Assembly: GCF_006345805.1 (NCBI RefSeq)
Contig: NC_043001.1
Span: 45,446,001 to 45,510,000 of the forward strand
Length of the DNA: 64,000 nt
Direction of reading: 5' to 3'
From: Octopus sinensis
Lineage: Eukaryota
The first letter of the stretch is position 1. Each line of letters begins with the position of its first letter. Shown piece after piece: positions 12,362 to 24,444 of the stretch. Below the pieces are notes generated by a model. The model worked only from the letters and a program-made list of their open reading frames with translations. It was not told the origin of the DNA and did no database searches. Made by a program: the position numbers and the translations under genes.

Positions 12362-13406
12362 TGTAGAAGATCTTAAGTTTCTTCCAGCCTCTTCAAGTTT
12401 CTCAAATTTTCACCAGATTATTTGCAAAAAATATAGTTCTGATGTAGATTTTCATAATGATGAGAAAATTAATTTTTTCTAGAAATTAATAATAAAAAGT
12501 TACAAGCATTTAAAGTTTTGTAATTTTAGCCAATCAGCAACCTTCATTGCCAGATATACCAGACATCACAACAACTGTCCATCCAATGGGAACAACAGAT
12601 ATAAACCCTTCATGCAGTCTCTCGACCTGCTGGAAAGAACAGCCAAATCTTCCATAAATTACACCATAATATCTATAAAAAAAAAAGGACATGTTGTGCC
12701 ACAGCACCATTTATTTCCTCAGATCAATATTAAATGTATTTTCTCATGATAAAATTGTTTTACAAGGTTAGGTGGCAGAGAAAGAATACCATCATCATCA
12801 TCAACATTGCACTTCATACAACAGCATTGGTAACCAGTTCTTTCTCCACCACCTCTCCACAATTTTCTTTTATCTTTGATTACAATTTTATCATAAGGAA
12901 AGAGGAAGTACATTTAATATGGACTGTGGGGCCCTGTAACTGATTTAAGAGCAGCGAGGTCAATAAAAAGTTACATCTGTGGAGTAACTTTAATTTAAAT
13001 GTTATTAATAGCATTCAACAAGTGGGTTTGCTTCAACTGGGGAAATAAATGGTGTTGTAACTCAATGTGTTGTTCTTTTTGGATTTTTTAATGTTATGGT
13101 GTAGTTTAAGGAAGATTTGGCTGCTATTTTAAGCCGGTCAAAAGAACATGTAATGGTTTCATGTGTGCTGTCCCCATGGGGACAAACAGCCACAATGTCC
13201 AGTATATCTGGCAATGAAGGTTGCTGATTGGCTAAAATTACATAATTCTAATCCTTGTAACTTTTTTTTATCATTAATTTCTAGAAAAAGTGAATGCAAT
13301 TTTCATCAGCAACATGAAAAGCTACATCAGAACAAAATTTTTTGAAAATAATCCGGTGAAAATTTAAAAAACTGTAGTGGTTGGAAGAAATTTAACAAAT
13401 TCCATA
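12362..13406. repeat. Long inverted repeat / fold-back: arms ~12362-12690 and ~13075-13406, spacer ~385 bp
   Basis: 12519-12559 is the exact reverse complement of 13202-13242 (41 bp). The flanking arm sequence aligns colinearly with scattered mismatches, e.g. AAATTTTCACC.GATTATTT, GTTCTGATGTAG.TTTTCAT, TTTTTCTAGAAATTAAT, CAGCCAAATCTTCC.TAAA.TACACCATAA. Confidence 0.9.
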
Positions 13407-13479
13407 GGAGGTCATGGCCTCTGTCATAGCAAACTGATCAGAATGGTGATTTATGTTCAGTTCGAAGTTTTGTAGGTCA

Positions 13480-13720
13480 ATAGGTAGAGTGGTTAGGTTA
13501 GCAATTCCAGATGACTACAGTTCTGGAAAGTGTTTAGTGCAGGACATGAAAGAGAGGGTGAAGAGACGCTGTAGAGATGACAAGAGGGATTTGTCATATA
13601 GTTTGTAAGTTCAGAGAACAGAAGCTGTAGAAGAGAGGGAAGAAATAATGCTGTGATCCAGTGGCTATAATGCATTGATAAGTTGCGATAAATCATAAAA
13701 TGTCTTTTGGATGCAATGTG
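13480..13720 (-). mobile_element. Degenerate CR1-type LINE C-terminal fragment
   Basis: With frameshifts, the minus strand reads roughly LSQLINAL-PLDH..ISSLFY..FCSL/SELT, resembling LQPL.HRR..SSLSLFY...CS.EL. Confidence 0.45.
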
Positions 13721-14452
13721 GGATATTTACCTACCTAGTAATAGTGCCTCTGCAAGTACTCCAATGTAGGACTTGGTTGTCATTTTCCTATTGAAGGACA
13801 TTCATTATGTAAGTCTATGTATATGAATGTGAGTGAAGGATAATAGTTAGGCACCTTTTTTGTTAAAAGGTATTTATTTAAGAACTGTAGTCCTACACCA
13901 TGTATTAATTTAGCAAGGTATTTTGCAAAGCTTCTTCAACCCTTGATAATTTGGTTAACAGGTTATCTGAATTAAAATGTCAGCTGCCATATTATTATAC
14001 TGAACAAATATTTTCTTTACTGGAGTTCACTGCTGTATCATCAGGTTATTTTCTATTCCTTTGCTTTAGTTTAGAAGCCCTATTTTCCCACCAACCATCA
14101 CCAACTGGATAGTAGAATGTTACGCTATTGTTAACTTTACAGGGTGAAATACCACCACCACCATCATCATCACATGAGCATTTGGTAAGATTTTACTTGC
14201 ACAAATATAGGTAGACTAAACTGCTTTAAATGATATACATATGAAAATGCTAGAACATACACATACACATGGATATGTTGCTTGACCTACTAGGTATAAC
14301 AAGCATATTTCTTGACTCATTACCAGATTTAAAAACTACAACATATTTGAAAATGCTAAACATTTAAAACCATATTTTCAAAGTGCTAACCATGCCATAT
14401 TGCCAATATTCAAATTGTTTTCTCTAATCTAGCAGCTTGTTTCCTGATTTAC

Positions 14453-14522
14453 CTGGTTGAATATTGAAGGTCTTGTTTCAGAATATCTTTTAATTTGAGC
14501 CTTAAGATTGTCTGCTACATTT
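14453..14522 (-). CDS. Candidate exon of unidentified host gene ([R]NVADNLKAQIKRYSETRPSIFNQ)
   Basis: Acceptor GATATATTTTATAG| and donor CAG|GTAAAT; 70 nt; only one frame open (phase 2 to phase 0); not part of a recognised repeat. Confidence 0.4.
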
Positions 14523-15900
14523 CTATAAAATATATCCTTTGCTGAGTTGATAAGTGAGCCTTTATGTGGTAGCTCAGCTAGCAAGAAATAGAAGCCAAGC
14601 TTATCTCACATGACACCTTATCCTCTTTAAAAAGTAAAGGAGACCTAATATAATGTAGTCTTAGATACACAGCATCTGAAAGAAAGTAGGTGGATGGTCA
14701 TAGCTGAAATGTTTTAAGTCATAGGTCTATTTGATCAGAAATGATGGTGGGAGAACACTGAATAACTTCCAGAATTACCATACTGACCACATTTTATATA
14801 TTGAACCTCAATTAATTAACATTTACTCTAGCAAGAATAATTTCTACATGCCCTACCTAGTATATGCACTCTGACTCATCCCATTAAAACTGGTACACCT
14901 CAGCCCATATCTAGTATATGTACTCCTTGGGCGAAACCAAAGGTATTGATCACAGACAACAAGTGCATTTTCTAATAAATATATTAGTAACATTCATGTC
15001 TTATTTTGTTATGAAGTTGTGGTGTTTGTGCATATTTTAAAGCAGAACATGCTATTTTATTTTTAAAAGAAAACTTTGATTAGTTGCAAAGCTAGTTAGT
15101 ACATCAGAGAAATATATTGTTGGTTGAATTCATCCAAGTATATTACTGGTACATTTTTATGAAATCCAGGCAAGTGAAAGAAAGACAAAACTCAAGCAGA
15201 AACTTGAACTCAGAAAATTGATGGATGGAATTAACTATTGGCTTTTTTTCAATACAGAAGGCCATGTAATTTACAAAGAGCAAACAAGAGGTATATTGTT
15301 CATGCATTTTCTATAAATATTAGCAGCAGAAGATAAGTGAAGCGGCTTTCACCAGAAATAGAAACTGTGTTGGCTCAGCTTCCAGGAAGCTTGCCTCTTG
15401 CTCTACATGGTTCTGTACAGTATTTAGTCTGCCATTTCTGCTTCACTTGCCACATGGATTCGTGTATTTTTTCATGTGTATGTGTGTGTGTATATATGTA
15501 TGTGTATATAGAAATGAAATAAAATATAATAAATTAAAATAAAATAAGATTGACAGGGGATAAAGAAGTTAATACAATATAAAATGGCACAATTAAAAAC
15601 AAAAAATGGAATAAAGTTGTTTTGTTGCAGGAGGTTGTAGAGACAGTCATTAGGAGGTGGGGTGTTTAGTCCGAAAGGGATAGTTGTTCAGAGATTAAAA
15701 ATATAACACTGTTCCAGGCGGAGTTGCGAGTGTGTGGGTCCGTGGTGCAGAGCAAGCCAAAGACAGAGTTATTAGTCTGTGGGGAAAGAATATATTTTTG
15801 ATCAATGCTACACATGTTTCTACACTGGTGGTGTGTTTTTCTAGGCTATACCTATTACATAAATCCACCAGTGTGTCCTCAGGCTATTCATCTTATTGTT

Positions 15901-18224
15901 CATCATCATCATCGTTTAACATCCGCTTTCCATGCTAGCATGGGTTGGACGATTTTGACTAAGGGCTGGTGAACCAGACGGCCGCACCAGGCTCCAATCT
16001 TGATCTGGCAGAGTTTCTACAGCTGGATGCCCTTCTTAACGCCAACCACTCCGAGAGTGTAGTGGGTGCTTTTTACGTGCCACCGGCACGGGACCAGTCA
16101 GGCGCTACTGGCAATGACCTCGCTCGAATCTTTTTACACATGCCACCGGCACAGGTGCCAGTAAGGTGATGTTGGTAACGATCATGCTGAAATGGTGCCC
16201 TTTTACGTGCCACTGGCATGCAGCCAGTTGGTTGCTCTGGCAACGATCACGCTCAGATGGTGCTCTTGGCACCCTACTAGCACGGGCACAAGTGCCAGTA
16301 AGGTGATGCTGGTAATGATCACACTCAAATGGTGCCCTTTTATGTGCCACTGGCACTCTCGTATAGTGCTAGCACATATGCCAGTCGTCGAACTGATTTT
16401 GATTTCACTTGCCTCAACAGGTCTTTGCAAGCAGAGATAAGCGGGCTGGTTACGCTCCTGGCATAGGCCACAGGTTATGGTCTCATTTGGCTTCCCGGGT
16501 CTTCTCAAGCACAGCATATTTCCAAAAGGTTCGGTTGCTAGTCATTTCCTTGATGAGGCCTAATGTTCAAAGGTCATGCTTCACCACTTCATCCCAGGTT
16601 TTCCTGGGTCTACCTCTTCCACAGGTTCCCTCAACTGCTAGGGTGTGGCACTCTTTCACACAACTATTCTCATCCATTCTCGCCACATGACCATACCAGC
16701 GCAGTCGTCTCTCTTGCACACCACATCTAAAGCTTCTTAGGTTCAACTTTTCTCTCAAGGTACTTACACTCTGTCGAGTATGCACACTGACTTTACACAT
16801 CCATCGGATCATATTGGCTTCATTCCTTGCGAGCTTACGCATGTCCTCAGCAGTCACGGTCCATGTTTCACTGTCATGTAGCATGGCTGTTCGTACACAG
16901 CATCATACAGTCTACCTTTTACTCTAAGCGAGAGGTCCTTTGTTACCAGCAGAGGTAAGAGTTCTCTGAACTTTGCCCAAGCTATTCTTATTCTAGCAGC
17001 TACACTTTCAGCACACCCTCCTCTGCTACTGACTTGGTCACCTAGGTAACAGAAGCTATCAACTACGTCTAGTTTTTCTCCCTGGAATGTGGCGGAAGTT
17101 GGTCTCTGCGCATTTTCAGTGTTTATTGCTCCCGAGCCTCTGCTACATACAAAAACTATCTTCCCAGTTAGCCTTCCTTTGATATTACTGCACCTCTTAT
17201 GTGTCCATAGCTTACACTGGGTACATCTTATAGAGTTTCTACCTACACCTCTACTACAGATCGAGCAGGGCCATCTACCTGAAGGGATTTGTGGTTTGCC
17301 TGCCTTCCTACTTATTAGGACTTTGGTTTTAGCTAGGTTGATTCTAAGGCCCTTCGATTCTAATCCTTGTTTCCACACTTGAAACTTCTCCTCCAGTTCT
17401 GATAGTGACTCAGCAATTAGAGCAAGGTCATCAGTATAGAGGAGCTCCCAGGGGCATCCTGTCTTGAATTCTTCCGTTATTGCCTGGAGGACTGTGATAA
17501 ATAGGAGGGGGCTGAGGAATGAACCTTGGTGGACCCCTAACTCTACCCTGAATTCTTCAGCATACTCGTTGCCAACCCTTATCTTACAGCATCACTGTAC
17601 ATGGCTTGCACAGCTCTCACTAACCATAGATCTATCCCTAGTTTCCTCATTGACCACCAGATAAGGGATCGGGGGACCCTGTCAAAGGCTTTCTCCATGT
17701 CAACGAAAGCCAGGTACAGGGGCTTATCTTTGGCTAGGTATCTCTCCTGCAGCTGTCTTACCAGAAATATGGCATCAGTGGTGCTTTTCCCTGGCACGAA
17801 ACCAAACTGCATCTCATCCAAGCTGACCCTCTCCATAACCTTCATTACCTGATCCAAGCATCACCTTTACCTTTGTAGCAGTTGACTATTATGCTGCTAC
17901 ACCAGTCATTGGGTATGACTCCTTCATGTATCACCTGGTTAACTATACGGGTGACTAGGCTATAGTCAACACTGCCAGATATTTTGAGCATCTCTGCAGT
18001 AATTCCTGATGGGCCTGGGGCTTTCCCTGTCTTCATACTTCCAATTGCCTTATCTACCAAGGTACTGTCAACTCGGATAGCTGGTCCCTCTGTTGGGTTG
18101 ACATTCGGCAGACTCTCTTTCTCCCATTCATTTTCTTTTTTCAGCAACCTTTGATAATGGCATCTCCAAACCTCTCTCTTTGCATCCTCATTTAGCGCAA
18201 GTGAACCATCATCCATGCGAACAC
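15901..18224 (-). mobile_element. RTE-clade LINE, 5'-truncated, with RT remnants, tandem-repeat 3'UTR and (GAT)n tail
   Basis: Motifs KAPGPSGITAEMLK, QFGFVPGKSTTDAIF, FVDMEKAFDRVPR, GVHQGS.LSPLLF, LLYTDDL, LRWYGHVARM, GRGRPRKTW. 3' end CATGCTAGCATGGAAAGCGGATGTTAAACGATGATGATG. Confidence 0.95.
16483..18224 (-). pseudogene. Disrupted reverse transcriptase ORF2 of the RTE LINE (frameshifts, internal deletions, premature stop at 16567)
   Basis: ORF pieces 17845-18216, 17579-17857, 16854-17378 and 16567-16884 are successive parts of one RT. The stop at 16567 (TGA) corresponds to CGA in the copy at 23168; the natural stop is probably 16483-16485. Confidence 0.9.
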
Positions 18225-18364
18225 TAACTGATCGAAGTTAAAACTACATATTCTAATACATATTAAATAGAAAAATAAGAATATAAATAAAAATACAATA
18301 AAAATATATAACTTGCAAATATATTTTTAAAAATTAAAAATATATATATACATACATATATCTA

Positions 18365-18475
18365 CATTTGACTGGGCCTGATGAAGCCTTCTGGCTTCAC
18401 AGACCCCAGTAGAACCGTCCAACACATGCTAGCATGGAAAACGGACGCTAAACGATGATGATGATGATGATGATA
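18365..18475 (+). mobile_element. Short 3'-end copy of the RTE family
   Basis: AACCGTCCAACACATGCTAGCATGGAAAACGGACGCTAAACGATGATGATG; inverted relative to 15901-15990. Confidence 0.85.
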
Positions 18476-18497
18476 TACATATATATACACACACATA

Positions 18498-18543
<46 letters not shown>

Positions 18544-18795
18544 TATACATATTTATATATATACAAATACATATACATATATATATTTATATATATATAT
18601 ACAAATACACACACACATATATATACATAAATACACATATATATACACACACACACACACAGACATATATATATACACACACAGACATATATATACACAC
18701 AGACATATATATATACACACAGACATATATATATATATATATGTACACACACATATATATATATATACACATACATATATATATATATATATATT
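18476..18795. repeat. Compound (TA)n/(CA)n microsatellite with ACACAGACATATATATAT-type higher-order units
   Basis: Directly visible; source of the spurious ORFs 18362-18852. Confidence 0.95.
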
Positions 18796-20916
18796 ATAAA
18801 AGCAAGTAATGTTAGAAATCATAAGATAAACATTTTTTAAGACAGTCTGCATTTAAAACAGATGTAGCTGACTCTACAGTAGTGGAGAAGACTGAAAAAG
18901 AAATAGCACCAGCCAAAATTGGAAATGAAATCTGATGCTCAGCATCTTATCTGAAGCAATTTCTGTGTTTTGCCACATCAGGGAAGGTGAAAAGAAGGAG
19001 AAGAAAAAATAAAAAAATAAATAAATAATTACTGCCCACGCTTACATCTCAATATAGTTTCAACTAATAGAGTCTATATTCTATCTTTCATGAAACGATG
19101 ATGATAAAGCCAACAACAACAAGAAATATTTATTATATAATAGATTAAGCTATTTGAAAAAGCTTATGAGTTACCTTTTTTTTTTATATACAATTAAAGC
19201 AAAACACAATCAGCACTACCATTCTGGCAATACTTCCATCACATACACCATCACCACTACCATGGTGGTGTCTGCTACCACTGTAATCTCCATCACCACC
19301 ACTGTTACATTAGGATAAGAGCTATCAAGTATGGTATTTATTGCCCAACCTTACACAATAGCTGTGATAGTTTGACATGTAAAAAATAATTCAAGTTGAA
19401 GAAGAGCTGATGAATGACTAGAAACAAGGAATTTCTAAGAATAACATCAGTTATTCATGGGTACTTTTTGATTAGTACTAAGTGAAAAGGTTTAGTTTAC
19501 AGGCAAAAGTGGAAGAATATAAGAAAAAGGAATGATGGGAGGTATATTTTTGGCTTAAGGAAATAAAAGAACATATCTGCACTATAGTGTCAATTCCATC
19601 TTCAGTATAAGGAATAGTTTATATTTTACTTATTTATGTGTTTTTGCTTCCGTTTGTGTCTCTTTCTTTTTCCCAAAAATAGATATAGTTCATGTCATTT
19701 TGTTTTTATACTTGATATTTAAATATTAATTTCTTTTGATTAGGTGTAAGGGCAATTTGGGAAAGGGAAGTAGGTAACATTATAAGGTAATCCTTTGTTT
19801 GAATCCACAAACCCAGAAAAGAGCAAAGTCAATTCCAGAAGGATTTGAACTTGCAATCAGCAGATAAAGAAACAGGGAAACTAATTTAGTTTGGTTACTC
19901 CCAACTCATGGCTCTTAGTAACACACATATATATGCATACATATATTACTTCTTTAAAATAAATTTTATGGAGAAATAGCAACTCAAATTAGTTCAAATT
20001 CACAAATTTATAAGGTAATTTTAATGAATCACTATATAGCTAATACTCATTTTACTCTAAGGTCTCACATTCTATTTCTGCCATTCCACTTCCCTTAGGG
20101 AGAATAATAATTACATGTATTACTATTATTAGGATTACTATTAGTAATAATAATTATTGTTGTTGCTGTTCTAGGCAATGGACAGGAAATTAACAGTGTA
20201 CAAAACAAAATGCCTTGCAATATCTTATATCCCTTCACATTTAGAATTCAAGTTTCATTGGGCTCAACTTTACCTTTCATCCTCAAGGTCCATTAAAATA
20301 GAGGGGATAGTCTAATCAACTACACTCCACTTCAGCTACATTCTACCATTGTTGCTTCCCCCAACCCCAAAGAAAAATTTAGGCAAGTGTTCCTATGCTA
20401 GAAATCTTCATTATTATTACTACTGTTATTTATTATTGAACTAGTTATCTGTATAGTATAGTTTAGGAATAGTTTGAACTGTAAAAAATGAATACAATTT
20501 CCATATGGCAATTAAATAGTTTAAATAATTTTTTTGTTATAATTAGAACCACATATGTTATGATTAAACCAGGCAGGCATTTACTATAGATAAAAGTAGT
20601 CTGACTGAACTGGCAATTTAGCTTGGTTTGAAAGAATGTGACATACAGCTCTATTTATGGTCAGCCCTTTTGCCTGAGTAGATAAAGTAACATCAAAAAT
20701 AAATCCTGTCCTACAAATATATTAACCTTTCATATCTAACTGAATTTCATCATGTGGTATTGAATTTCTTTTTAATATATATGCTAAAAAAAAATTGTAA
20801 TTCCTTTACAGGAATAGCTATTTCTTTGCAGAAAATATCTATTTAGGTGAACATAAATCACTTCCTCATGATTATAGCAAATAATTTTTCAACCTATCAA
20901 AGGCCTAGCATTAGAA

Positions 20917-20919
<3 letters not shown>

Positions 20920-20987
<68 letters not shown>
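20920..20987. repeat. (TA)n microsatellite
   Basis: Directly visible. Confidence 0.97.
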
Positions 20988-20989
<2 letters not shown>

Positions 20990-22911
20990 CTATTGAATAA
21001 GATTCTATATAGTTGCTTGATATGATCAATGTAGCAACCAAATCTCTAAATTAATTCCTTACCATTATTAAAATGGGAATTACATGTCTTGAAGTTATAA
21101 CTCTTTTGAAGTTCTATGGCCAACAATAAAGAAACAGAAAACAGCAATTATTCAAAACAGCTATCAAATATTACATAGATCTGCTCTCAGTATTAACCAT
21201 GTCAACACAGCAACTGCAAAAGTTTCATTATTTGGTCTCAATCCCACGATGCTGTATGTTAATAAAATGCTGGTCCTTCAGTAACACCAACATTTGTTAT
21301 GGCCTTAAAGTATTATGACATGAACATGTGTGTAGGCAAACTTACACACACACATATATATACTGACACCTACTCAGGCTGAAACATGTGTCAAGACTTC
21401 TTATCTCCAGGCAATAAGTCTGTCTTTTCCCTTATGGCATGTGAGCTTTGGCGAATACTTGATTCTTGAGGTTATCTCTCCTCCTCATATGGAGTTATTC
21501 TCAATTGCCATTTGGTAATTGTAACATATCCTCTAAGAGACACATAATTTTAATAATAAAGAATTTATGTTGTATAGTATTTGATATACCTGTATTTGCC
21601 TATATTGTCCATATACATGCCATATAGCACATTTTTGTTACACATACACACATGTGGATACATAGAAGAAAAAGATTGACTGAGGTTTTGAAAGTTTAGT
21701 TTACTAGCTTTTATCATACTGTGACTTCCTTTGGCTTTTCAAGCCTTATTTTTGCTTGTTTTTTAGTTTTGTCTTTTTAAGGAGGGGATTATCTGGTGGG
21801 TGGCACAATGTGTATGTAAAGTAGATTTGGTACTAATGAATTTTTAGAGAAAAAGGAGAAATGGTTATATAAGAAGGGGAGATAGAGAAAAGGAGAAATG
21901 TGAATGAGTCTGAAGTAGAAAGAAATGGTTCAGCAGGTGGGTAGAACATTGTATATACACTGCTCCACTTACCAGATGAATGCCCCTCAAAAAATTTATA
22001 TATATATAAGACTTGAAGAACCAAGCTGATAATTGTTAACAAATTGAAACTTTGAAGTTACTGTCAACCTTTTCTGGGTAAAAAAGTAAATATGGCACTA
22101 GAGTGATCCTTCAATTTTATGTTTAACAACTTTTGTATATAATTTTACATAAAAACAAGCATTGATACACACACACACACAGTTCATTACTATAGTCAGT
22201 AGAGAGCATAACTGATAAGTTTCTTTGGTAAGCAATGCTGACCTGCAAAGCCTCCAATTAATAAAGTTTATACAAGGAGAAGAAATTGTACAGAAGCACA
22301 ATGCATAAATTCTAGAAAGCTCAAATGTGTTGTGAGAGGATCTGAAAATCTTGTCTCAGTTTAGCTGCCATTTAGTATGGCATTTGGGGTATATTGATGG
22401 TCATATATGATTTAATCATTACAATATATATTAAAGAATAAAGACTCTCTTCATTCATGAATGACCATAGGAAGTTCCCCTCTTAGGCACAAGTTCCCCT
22501 AGAAAAAATTTATTTTCTCTGTTTGGCCTGGTATATACTCACACATTTGTGATACACTTTCAAATGTCAAATAGAGGATCCACCTATTATAACAAGTGGT
22601 TATATTGACAGGAACGATATACACTAATAATCATCCCTGAATGTTTGCTACCTAAACTGGTTAGATTGTGTCTTGTAAATTGGGGAATATCTGTTGCTAG
22701 AGATAAAAGCTGAATCCCCGATTCAGGTTATTGAATTTCATCTTACTATATCTTATTTTTTATGAAACAACTCAGGAGTAGACAAATAAATTTGAAAAAA
22801 AAATTTTAATTCTGTTAAATCACATACCATGTTTCTGATCTAGTAATTCTATCTGAGCGCATTTTAGCAAAACATGTCCTAGCATCTAGGCGACATCTCA
22901 GGATCAATCTA

Positions 22912-22924
22912 TATATACATATAT

Positions 22925-22987
<63 letters not shown>

Positions 22988-23167
22988 CATACATACATAT
23001 ATATATATACATACATACATACATAGATACATACATATACACATAGATACATACATATACACATACATAGATACATACATATACACATACATAGATACAT
23101 ACATATACACATACATAGATACATATATCTACGTACATATATGCATACATTCATTTATACATACATA
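22912..23167. repeat. (TACA)n/(TA)n compound microsatellite with ACATAGATACATACATATAC units
   Basis: Directly visible; source of the spurious ORFs 22815-23154. Confidence 0.95.
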
Positions 23168-24112
23168 CAGCTGACGACATGCATAAACTTGCAAGGAATG
23201 AAACCAGTATACTCCGCTGGATATGTAATGTCAGTGTGCATATGCCCTGAGAGAAAAGTTGGACTTAAGAAGCATCAGATGTGGTGTGCAAGAGAGATGA
23301 CTGTGCTGGTATGGTCATGTGTAGCGAATGGATGAGGACAGCTGTGTGAAAAAGTGTCACACCCTAGCAGTTGAGGGAACCTGTGGAAGAGGTAGACCCA
23401 GGCAGACCTGGGATGAGGTGGTGAAACATGACCTTCGAACATTGGGCCTCGCTGAGGCAATAACTAGTGACTGAGATCGTCGGAGATATACTGCACTTGA
23501 GAAGACCCGACAAGCCAAGTGAGTCCATAACCTGTGGCCTATGCCAGTGGTGTAAACCAGCTCACTTATGAGAACCCTTCATTCATTGGACAATAAACTT
23601 TGTTTGCGAAGACCTGTTGAGGCAAGTGAAATCAAAATTGCTGACATGGCTGATGGCAATACTGCCTGATTGGCACTTGTGCCAGTAGAACGTTAAAAGC
23701 ACCATCCAAGTGTGGTCATTGCCAGGGCCGCTGACTGGCTCCCGTGCTGGTGGCACAAAAAGCACCATTTGAGCATGATTGTTGCCAGCATCGCCTTACT
23801 GGCACATGAAAAATAACATTTGAGTGTGGTCATTGCCAGTGCCACCTGACTGTCTCCCATGCAGGTGGCATGTAAAAAACACCTTTTGAGCATGGTCGTT
23901 ACCAGTACCACCTGACTGGCCCTCATGCCAGAAGGACATAAAAGCACCCGCTACACTCTCAGAGTGGTTGGCGTTAAGAAGGACATCCAGCTTTTGAAAC
24001 TTTGCCACATCAGATAGGAGCCTGGTGCAGCCTTCTGGCTCGCCAGTCTTCAGTCAAACTGTCCAACCTAATCCAGCATGGAAAGCAGACGTTAAACAAC
24101 GATGATGATGAT
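23168..24112 (+). mobile_element. RTE-clade LINE 3' fragment (ORF2 C-terminus, tandem-repeat 3'UTR, (GAT)n tail)
   Basis: Colinear with 15901-16860 in the opposite orientation: GAGGGAACCTGTGGAAGAGGTAGACCCAGG, GATGAGGTGGTGAAACATGACCTT, GTGGTTGGCGTTAAGAAGG, GTTAAACAACGATGATGATGAT. Confidence 0.92.
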
Positions 24113-24444
24113 ACATATATACTTACATACACGCACACACATAAACTTTATACACAGAGAGACAGACAGGCTCTATGAAATGGACAATCTAGCTAAATTT
24201 AAGATTTGGATTTTTTGCCATTTGATTACAGTAGAACTGTGGTAAAACTATCAACATTCATGACAGTAAATATTTTCTATCAGTAATTAGTCTCAAAGGA
24301 AGAGGGTTATAGAGATTCTAAAGACATCTAATTTTGGAGAAGGAAATGTGCAAAGACTTTACTCATAGATTGAACATAAATTTCTTACAGTAGAAGAAGT
24401 GATGTTGGTAATAATGAATAGGCAACATAAGATAGGAACTTACC

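Noticed and set aside
14143-14184. Plus-strand 42-nt exon-like segment (GEIPPPPSSSHEHL)
   Set aside because: The body is mostly a (CCA)/(CAT) microsatellite of a kind common throughout the window, so the splice-like flanks may be chance.
16070-16356. Regularly spaced palindromic repeats resembling a CRISPR array (also at 23660-23950, 43950-44165, 61200-61370)
   Set aside because: The spacers are homologous to each other, the array lies in a LINE 3'UTR, there are no cas genes, and the context is eukaryotic.
16105-16690. Overlapping ORFs of 82-104 aa on both strands (also 17089-17382, 17464-17852, 23583-24008, 43954-44136)
   Set aside because: They are antisense or off-frame readings of the RTE ORF2 and its GC-richer 3'UTR.
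18362-18852. ORFs rich in Y/I/C/V/H/T (also 22815-23154, 51134-51702, 40691-40894, 59804-60047, 63291-63824)
   Set aside because: They are translations of microsatellites and minisatellites.
21063-21113. 51-nt minus-strand segment with good acceptor and donor
   Set aside because: The donor lies within a family-E repeat fragment, two frames are open, and its phase does not fit the best exon chain. It is more likely a repeat-derived cryptic site.
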